A stretch of 61,568 bases of DNA, filler included, from Bipalium vagum (taxonomy: Eukaryota), in assembly GCA_037834085.1 (NCBI GenBank). It is 3 parts of 3 records of this genome, joined end to end, with 100 filler letters (N's around TTAATTAATTAA, not from the genome) between each part and the next. Parts side by side here need not be neighbours in the genome. Positions count along the whole stretch, not along the records: positions 36,263 to 61,568 come from JBBMKC010195608.1; 2 more parts are not named here. One strand, written 5' to 3'. A program made the translations under genes and the position numbers. The notes beneath the pieces are model-generated. The model was not told the origin of the DNA. It worked only from the letters and a program-made list of their open reading frames with translations, and searched no databases. How positions within the stretch are numbered: position 1 is the stretch's first letter; each line of letters opens with the position of its first letter. Positions 51,931-61,568 of this stretch are shown piece by piece.

Positions 51931-53760
51931 TTCATTACATTTGTTCCACGTTCCCTATGTAAAATCCATGTTTTCGAGATGTATCAATAAATAGGGTTCA
52001 TTTAGTTTAACCCAGTCTTTATCCATTCTGTAATTATATGTCAATTATTAAGAATTTTAAGTGCAAATTCAACCATATTATGTACTTATGTGCAATAGGT
52101 CATAAAATAATACCTGATAATATCACCTAAACATTATGATTCATTGTAATATAAAAGATTTAACGTTATAACATTCTGATTCTGGTTTGTAATATAGTAT
52201 TTAAAAATCTGGCAGCAAATTTTTCAATGACCCAATAGATAATTAGAAAATGTGTTATGTTTAGACAGTTATATATAAATAAATAAATAAATATATATAT
52301 ATATATATATATATTATATTGTGTCGAATGTATGCAAGAATATTCTTTGGTCAATGTTTTTGTAAATCTTAAAAGTGAACAATTTAGTTTGTTTACTAAA
52401 AAAAGTTTCTGAAAAACTTTCAAAATTTTTAATTTTTTGTTTTTGTGTTTCCGATCGCTTTTTAAATAATTTTTTTACTTTATAATATTGGGAAAAATCA
52501 ATAAAATACAAATCAAGACTGATAGAAGAATCGGTTCAGCCTTGGTTGCGATAACATGTTTCCAGCGTACTTAAGCCTCACTGACATGCTGAACATAATT
52601 CAAGAAAGAGAATACTCTTAAACAAAATTTTATCCAATATTTTATTAATATCTCTCATTATTAACAATTGAATTGTACCAAACATACCCTTTATTTAAAT
52701 TTAAATAAAGAGTGGAATTACAAAAGTACATTAGGGGTTGACGACCTCAGATTTACATTATCATATAAAATAATATTCTCTTCAAGGAATTTGAATCGAC
52801 TCGGAAATCATCCAGTCTCAGTTTCAGTTTTCAGAAAAACGTAATTTTTCAAATCTCGTTAAAATCAATAAATCAATTAAGGTAAGCTGTATATTTTTGA
52901 AAAAATATATTTGTACCTAAAGAACTTTCCTTACGCATGGAAAATAATCACTATTAATTATTAATATTTTGTAATATTAAATCGATGGTTTTCTGAAAGT
53001 GTTTTTCAAATTTTCACTGTGATGGTTTCATTAATATTTTTTTACTAATTTCATTTTATATTACTATTTAATAATAAAATAAAATTCTAAGACTTTTGGG
53101 TAACTAAGGAGAAAAGGCCATTGATATTGTTTTAATCGTCATTTAAATAAAACAATGTTCAGAAAAAAATATGTTTCATTAGGCTTACAGATTAAATATT
53201 GCATTATCCAATAAATAACCTTCTTTATTAACAAAAATTTTTAATTTACATATATCATAAATGTGCCATTATTATGGAGCATTTCTTTTTCAAAGAAAAG
53301 GTGAAATACGGAGCTATAAAAAAGTAGAACAATAAGTAATTCGATAAGTAAATTTTTCCTCTTTTCACAGTTTTGAATATGGGGAAAAATTTAAATCTGT
53401 CATAAATCCGTGGGAACCATCACAATATGAAAAAAAGAAAAAAGAAAAAAAAGAAAAAAAAGAAAATATATATTGCAGCAAAAACATCAACAATACCAAG
53501 AGCATAAATACACATGTCAACATCAGTGGGATTTTAGGTTTAGTGTGATTTTAGGTTCCAAACATTTTTGTGTAAGACTGCGATTTTGATTGTGAATTTT
53601 GGTTTGTGATAAAAATAAAAAAATATTTTTAATGAAATTAAATAATTTAATATTAATAATAACAAAATGAAAATCAAACCTGGAGCATATCCACTTTAGT
53701 TGGCAGGAAGAGCTAAATAATACATCTGGAACATTATCTGGAAACCTTGTTGGAAACCTA

Positions 53761-53770
53761 AAAAAAAAAA

Positions 53771-53830
<60 letters not shown>
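53761..53830. repeat. Poly-A followed by (AAT)n microsatellite
   Basis: Seen directly; explains the poly-Tyr ORF. Confidence 0.95.
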
Positions 53831-55635
53831 TGAACATATGGTTTCCAAGTGAAGATTAAAAATTATTAATGAGAGGATTAAAATTAACTAAAGAAGATTA
53901 AATTGCTTTCGAAATAATAATAGTAGCAAAATTAAATATATGTTCTCAAAGAAAGGATTAAAAAGTAAAAATGTCACTAATAAGAAATAATAACAATAAG
54001 AAATAATGATAAGAATGATAATGAAAAATGAATGATACAAAGAAATATTAATTTTATAATGAAATAATAACAATAACATATTGATAAAAATAAGTTTAAT
54101 AACAATCGTCATTCAAAAAAAGGCATAAGTGACAATTGTCATTAATACCAGCACACAAGAGGTACAATGGAAAATATTATAAATACTCAGGAAAAAGTCA
54201 AAAATTGCGCTTTAAAAAAAACTAAAAATAGTTTATCATAACTATAAAAGCAAAAAGAGCTTATTACAACTAAGATAAATAAATGTATCGTGTAAATGAG
54301 TGATTATATGTACTTAATTAAAAATATTAAACAGAGAGTGAATATTATTTCTCGTCTCTGTCTTTATAAAATAATTCTAATTTCTTCTTTTTACTTTTAT
54401 TTCAGGCCCTCACGGTCTAATAAATTAGTTATCAGATTCGATATTGTTTTCAGGACGTCTGTACATTTCCTTGTGTAGATTGAACTCTTTTTAAATTAAT
54501 CAATAGTCATTTTGATCTTTTGATCTATGGAGTTTATGAATTGGTTTTAAAACCTTGTACAAAATTGTATTAAAAAAAGTTTCAAAAAATATTTGTTTTT
54601 ATTCGTTGTGATCGGTATATTACCTTCACTAATTAAGAGTCAGATAAAAATAAATTATCCCACGTCCACCGAAACTTAACAAATTAATAAAATCCCAGTA
54701 GAACATACATTTATCAAAGGTCACACGGTCTGGTTCTAACCTTGAGAAAAATGAAGTCTCCAATGGATCATTATTTCACGTTTTACAGTACTTATTTAAA
54801 AATTTATATTTTCGTTTAGATTTTTTTCTTTTTTCAACTTCATTTACTTTTATATCGAGGATCATGTTTTCATGAATTTGGTCATAGCATCTGTTGAAAT
54901 TTTCACAATTTTTAAATTCTTTTTATTAATAATTTTAAAATAATTACCATTTCAGCTTGTAAAGATAATTATGTAACACGAAAGCTAATTTTTATGGAGG
55001 GTGAAGACAAATCTTCGGTAATTTAATCAAGATTGATTATCACTTTAATATATACCGCGGCATGGGACACTGGATACCTTAATTATTTTACAAATGATTG
55101 AATATGTTACAAAAAATGAAGTAGAAGAAATTTATTTAAATTAATTTTTTTATTTTTGATAAAAATTATTTTCAGAAATATAATTTTTTAATATTTAAGA
55201 TTATATTTAATATTTTCATAAAATTAAAGCAGCATTTATAAAATAAATAAAAATTGAAGGATCAACTAAAAATATCGCTTTAAATCTAAAAATATGCTTC
55301 TTTGTCTGAATATTTTATTTGAGAATGAAACAAATGTCATAAAATGGTCATTAATTCTCCACGGTTAAACATTCTAAATTGTTCAATAACGATTTCTTAT
55401 TTTCTCACTTCACATCGACCGATCACAAAAGCGCTTTTAAAGGCCTCGTTAATTATTCTAATTATTCTAATGCGGAAATAATTGACGATTTGTGGTTGAG
55501 GAATACAGTCATTTTTCAGACCTTTTTAGATACACCAATTCAATTAATAGACATTGGTAGATTTGACGCTTTAGTGGTTTAGGAGGTTAATCATAGCTTT
55601 GTTCTCATGGGAAAAAATATAATTCTTCGAAAATA

Positions 55636-55860
55636 TTAGGTAACCAAAAAGGTTACTGCGTTTTTCATGATAAATAATAACTTAATTATCAAAACAGTAA
55701 CACTTAAATTCATTGAAATAGTTACCATCACCCTCAATGACCTTTTGCCAAGATGACATAATGTTACTTTCACAATAAGATCAGTTATCTTTTTATTCGA
55801 TCGATATCTAATTCAGATTTTTCGAAACGTCTTGAGTAACAATGATAGTTCTTTGAAAAG
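55636..55860 (-). mobile_element. Mariner 3' end with TIR
   Basis: Minus strand SSWQKVIEGDGNYF; TIR-like ttaggtaaccaaaaaggttactgcg. Confidence 0.75.
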
Positions 55861-55969
55861 GTAAGAAACATCTTTACATTCTGAAATTTTATTCAGAAGA
55901 TGGAAGAAAATTGTATATATTAAATTATTTGTATTTTAGGGTATATCTTAGATTAAAAGACTGGTTTTA

Positions 55970-56641
55970 TTTACTTCTAATAATGAATGGTATCAAAATA
56001 TAAATCATTATTCTTCCACTATGATCCTGAATCAAAACAAAAGCTAAGGAGTGGTGTGAGCCTGGCTGTTCGGCTCCGAGGCGAGTTCATGTTCAGAAAT
56101 CAACTAAGAAGGTGTAAGCCCCAGTTTTTTGGGATGCAAAAGAGATTTTACTGGTGGATTATCTTTACACTTGAAAAACGATTAATTCTGAATATTATTG
56201 AAACATTTTGGATCAATTGGTCTCTAAAAACTCTTGAAGAAAACCCGATTTACAGAATAAAAAATTATTTCCATCAAGACTATGCACTATCTCACACAGC
56301 ACAAAAAACCACCGCTGAGATTACTGATTTGATTTACGAACTGTTGCAACATCCAGCCTATTCACCAGATTTAGCTCCCTCAGATTTCTGGCTCTTCTCG
56401 CACCTTAATAAATTGATGTGTGGAAAGCATATTTTTATCGAACAAAGATTCAATTGAAGCCGTAGACGAGTATTTTGAAGACTTTCCTGCAAATCAGTAC
56501 AGGAATGGAATCCATAACTAGAAGGAACGTTAGAATAAGTGTGTCATGCTTCTAGGTGAATATACGGAATAATAAAACGTATTAAAATCAAAAAATTGTG
56601 TTTTTCTTAACGAACGACAAAGCTTATAGATTGACCTAGTA
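55970..56641 (+). mobile_element. Mariner (irritans/Himar-like) catalytic domain, frameshifted
   Basis: FHYDPESKQ, EWCEPG.SAPRR, VFWDAKEILLVDYL, FHQDYALSH and LLQHPAYSPDLAPSDFWLF. Confidence 0.92.
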
Positions 56642-59600
56642 CATTGGCCAAACAGAAAATGAAAGAACGACATTAAAAAAAGATTTTCAAGATATTTTTA
56701 TTTATTTTTATCTAAATTTTATTTATTAGAAATTTCAATGACCAATGTCAAATATTTAAAATTCTGACCACGATTCTTGTTTTATATATTTTTCAATATT
56801 TATTTTTTTGGATAGAGAGAACGGGAAGGAATTTGATATTGTAATTGACACATTTCGAGTTGAATTTGGATACACTTTTGATCCTTCTCATGGGTGTCCA
56901 GTGAGTATAGCAATATAAAATAGCATATCGAGAAGGAGTGACAAGTTTCTCTTTTTGCTTTTTCATCTCTATAAGAACTTAATTTTTTAGTAGTAAAGTT
57001 ATTTTAGGAAAATATTTATAGTTTACTTTGAAGTGCTGAATTCTGGTCAGATAGAACAATTAGATTGAGTACACCTTGGGTTTTAAAAACACTGTGTATT
57101 TAACAAAAAGATTCACATAGAATAACATTCGAGACACGTGATAAAAACCATTTTAAGGAAAATTTTAAGAAATTGGAAAGGTTGGAAAAATAGAGAATGT
57201 CATTCTTTCTCTTCTTTAACGATGGCGAAAAGTCATTGACATTGTTTGAAATTGCTTTTAAATTAATATAAAAAATTTTATTTTGGACATAAAAATTCAT
57301 TTCTTTAGAAAACACTCATTTCTAACGTATTAGAGACTTTTTGATCTACGTAAAGACATTTGCAAGAAATGGTGATATTTTTGTGAAGCTAATTGAAATA
57401 TTATGATATTTCGTGGAGTGGCTTCAGTTATTTTCGAAACATTAAAGCTGTAGATATGGTGCGTATTGATTAAATAAAAGTTTTTGATTTATGTGTTATT
57501 GATTAATCTGTTTTCAAAAAAGCATTTTTTACACCAGATCTTAAGACTTGGTTATTATAAAATATTTATATATTAAAATATAATCATAGAATAGCTGTCT
57601 GCTTTAATGATAATATCCGTTTCCAAATTTAATAGAAATTTTATGTCTACCTCAAAATATTTTTATAAAAAATAATGAAAATAAGTAAAAAATAAAATAA
57701 TCTCATATTCTTTTTAAAAAGATTTGATAGTTCCATTTCATTGGATTTATTAATTAAATTCAACTCACTGTGTAATGGTCGTTAGATTATTTTAAAAAAA
57801 AATTATTTAGTTATGAAAAATATAACCAAAATAATAAATTAAAGAAAAACTAATATCATTGGGTAAAGGTTTGATTTTTAATTAATTCAATCAAATAACA
57901 ATGGGTAATTATTATTTTTGGCTTCATCGTGATTTTTGTACATGGATGAAAATAAATTTCAATTTGAAAAATGAGAGTTAAAAATTAATTAAAAAAAATA
58001 TTTTCAAAACTTCTTGAAACAGAATGATAACTTAAAAGTAAACCCAAAAAAATGAAATGGGGCAATCTAAATCTTGAGGCTTAGTTAAAAATAGACTCGA
58101 AAAATATTATATAAATAAAAAGAATTTGTGGAACAAATGGAAAATCATAATCATAATGATAATTAATAATACTTTGAAATAGTGACTGGTCAATTTGGAA
58201 TCATTAGTTAACCAAGAAAGTGTGTGCTCTTTTTGCATATACCATCATTACCGATGGGTAAAAGACCTTAAACAATTTTTAAAATGGTATTTAAATATAC
58301 AGTCTATTTAAATAAACAGAGCGCGTAAGGTATTTGAAGACATATTGATGTTGATGTTGTGCTGATTTTGAAATATAAATTTAAAATAAAATAATTTTTT
58401 AAAGATAAAAACTTCATAATTATTTAAGATTATTTAACAGAACCCGATTTCTACGTTTTGGAAATAGTTAACATTAGAGAGTTTTTAAATATTTCATAAG
58501 TATATTAAATATAAGAAAAATCATTATATGCCAAATTTCCAGACTGGTTGTTTTTTAAAAGATAAAAACCTTCAAATCAATATATCATTGACTTAACAAA
58601 ATCCCTCTTAGGAATAAATGAACGAGAGAATTTTTTTGTTTTATTACATTATAAATTATCAAAGCAAATTGTAAAAATATGAATATTTAATATCAAACAT
58701 TTATAATAAATGAAAACGGCCATACAATGACTGGCAGTTGATTAAGAGTCATGTTTTTGTTTTACCGAAACATATTTTTCATTTAAAATTGTGTATAAAT
58801 ATAAATTAGCAAAAATTAAAAAAATAATAAAAATCTTTTCACTTTTTCCAATCTGAAATGCTCAGCAATTCAGACTAATTAAAAAGCACGAGCACATTAA
58901 AGAAACTCATTCATTTCTAAAATTGCATAACCGTTTGGAATCACAAGGGTTGGTTTAAAAATTGTTATTCTTTATTAAAAAACATTACATTTATTTAATG
59001 AATTAGCAAAAAGATTTTAACAGTCTGAGAAAAATAGGCATGCTTAGCTATGATTTCTTCAGATTGCCTTTCAGTAAAATTTCAATATTATTAAATCAAT
59101 TCAGATAATTTTTCAGAATTTATTGATTTTTTGAATTTAAACTTAAGTAATACCCATTTGTTTTTCTTCCCCACATTAAAATAACAAAATTTTCTCCTCC
59201 ATAGTTTTACTGAAAGGACAGTTATATTTTTAGTTTATTATGTATTTTTAGAAATTAAATTTGTTACATCAGAAATGTTTATATTTTAAAAAATAAAATA
59301 AAAATTCCTTATTTTATAACCAATATTTCAGACAGTTTCGTTTATTTTAATAAATGTATAATTAATTTTGTTTGAATCTTTTATTATAAATTTATTAAAT
59401 GGCAGAACATAAGAATTTAAAAATTATCAAATCTTTAATATTTTGAAAATATTAACCAAAATACTTGATCGATCTGACTCATAATAACTAATATTGGGGT
59501 ACGTAATATGGATTAACAAAAGTGTACGTTTAAAACTTTGTGATCTAGAATAACACAAAAAAATTGGATCTCTATGCATTTTAATTCGAACTCAAATAAT

Positions 59601-60189
59601 AATGTGTCTACGTACACATGTCACTGCCCCAAACTCGATTGAATCTGACATATCATGAAATCGCCACGAATATTGGATTAGCTATTGGTGTAGATGGTGA
59701 CTACCTTTTATGATCTAAACTCAACTTCCGAAACCATTGGATATATTTTAAATAGAAAAAAAATTACCGTAATCGAATTTTCTCATCAGAAATTGAAACA
59801 CTTTCAAAAATCCAACATTTTTATAATCAAAACAATTTATTTTATCATCATTTTTTATTTATTTATTAATTAATTTTATTATAATTGAATTCAGAAATCA
59901 AAATTGTTTCAGTATCGATTAAGTTTATTCTGACAACTTCAATCAATTTAATCTAATCAAACATATTTTAATATAAAATCAATGTAATGTACAGGGTTAT
60001 TTTAATACTATAAAAAATCAAAGACCTTATAAAATAAAAATTTATAAAATATAGTTACTAGAGTTAAAAAATGTGCAAAACTTTCGAGTCTTTTTATTCA
60101 CTGTATAAATTTTCAAATTATTTTCATCACGTATTACTTAGGCAACTCTATGAACTCCAACGACTCTTCAATTGCGCGAGGCACCTAAT

Positions 60190-60560
60190 GTTGCATATTA
60201 GTGAGAAACGTCCAGGTCTGTCGAGGAAATAAAATGTTCTCACCGTGAAAATGCACCTGATTACACATCTAAAGTTTCAATGTTAAAAATTTAAAAGTTA
60301 AACTTTGAATTAGTTCCACACCCACCCTATTCTCCAGATCTGATCCGCCTATTTTTTTCTGTTCAAAAACAAAGACATTTCTTGCAGGACAAAGATTTTC
60401 GTCAAGTAGTGAGGTGATTACCTCTGTGGCTTGCAACAATGGTATCAAAGAATTTAAGAAACGTTTAATGAAACGTATTCAGCTTGTAGGAGACTACATT
60501 AAAATAAATTGTTTTTATTGTTTTCATATTTTTTCACAGAACTTTTTAACATACCATCTT
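60190..60560 (+). mobile_element. Mariner 3' remnant
   Basis: LHRENAPDY..LNFELVPHPPYSPDL and KRIQLVGDYIK. Confidence 0.85.
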
Positions 60561-61233
60561 AAGTTATTTTCTAAATTTCGGTGGAATCACAAAAAAATTA
60601 AATAACCTTTGCTATGAACTCAGAAGACTTATGAATAAGAAGAGCATAAGACGAATATAAATAATTAAATTTAATTGTCATTACTAAAATAGTAAGACTT
60701 AAAGAATCGAGTCTAGGAATGCGCAAGGACGTCTTAGTTAACGATCTGGATAAGAATATAAAAATAATAATACACATTTCATATTCTAAGACTTAAAAGG
60801 AATTGTTTAACAATCAAAAAAGTTTCAAAGACATTCTAAATTAACATTGTAAAATTGAATGATTAAAATGAAGTAATAAAACAAAAATTGCCCTTTTCCA
60901 ACTAAATATATTTTAAAGTGTAAAATTATTTATAAAGGTTTAAAATAAATTTGCTTAATTCTTAAAAATAAATTCTGTTATCTGAGTGAAGTCTTTTAGT
61001 TTATTAAAATCTGAAAATAATTTCCAAAAACATTAATTCGTAATTAAAAACTTCACAATTGACAAATTTTCTAATATTTTACAAAAATAGCTGTTTTCAA
61101 TAGAGTACCCAGACAAATGTCCAACTGCTGCATGAGGTGGCTGATTGTAATAAGTAGTTGAAAAAGAATAAAATTTTCTTTTATTCTGTTAATATAAAAT
61201 ATTGTAAAACAATTTTTTGTTCTATTTTTGTAG

Positions 61234-61389
61234 AGAACATCATCCGTGCCAAGTTCTATTTGAAGTGGTTCTGTAAATGTGTTAAGATCCTGGATAATGA
61301 TGGACAAAAAGGATGTTAAAGATCGGAGCGTAAATGTTTCTCAGGTCTTAACGGTTGAAGGTTGCGTTTGTGCGTGTTCGTTTAATTAA
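61234..61389 (+). pseudogene. Candidate terminal exon of a Noggin/cystine-knot-like protein with an in-frame TGA
   Basis: After a tttttgtag acceptor: RTSSVPSSI*SGSVNVLRSWIMMDKKDVKDRSVNVSQVLTVEGCVCACSFN*, ending in CxCxC. Confidence 0.3.
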
Positions 61390-61568
61390 AATTCACTGAG
61401 AAAACGATTCTGGTTTAATACTTTTATTAAAATCGATATCAAATTACAATTTAAATTACAATGATAAAGACAATTCTGACCGATTCTATTATATTTGCAA
61501 AAATGATTTTATTAATTATATTTATTAATTATAAAAATCCTCTCGCTCTTAGGCTCAGAGGTCCTCAG

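Noticed and set aside
584-61389. Alternative genetic code (stop reassignment) to explain the recurrent in-frame stops
   Set aside because: The channel and the GPCR have no internal stops and end at TAA, and the interrupting stops are of mixed types.

Overview
Very AT-rich animal genomic DNA, not prokaryotic. It has GT-AG introns, (AAT)n microsatellites and two 100-bp scaffold linkers (N44-TTAATTAATTAA-N44). The channel's motifs point to a lophotrochozoan, probably a flatworm (inference). Two convincing host genes: an intronless anion-selective Cys-loop channel resembling lophotrochozoan GluCls (22350-23696, -) and a spliced class A peptide GPCR of the FMRFamide-receptor-like group (47019/47079-47433 + 49583-50223, +). 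Much of the rest is decayed DNA transposons: many mariner remnants, plus Tc1/Tc3, DD37D, a DD37E-like element nested in a mariner, an IS630-like element with intact TIRs, pogo/Tigger, and a Gypsy RT fragment. The most novel signal is a three-copy cluster of small orphan signal-anchor-type genes (584-865 -, 4075-4419 +, 8431-8763 -). Two copies share a TNNND(Q/K)YRSLW motif that differs mostly at synonymous sites, and two copies carry a single in-frame stop just before the conserved C-terminal part. Other candidates are a Noggin/cystine-knot-like terminal exon with an in-frame TGA (61234-61389) and a cluster of hairpins beside a TATA box downstream of the GPCR. All translations and alignments were done by eye, so TE boundaries without clear TIRs are approximate.
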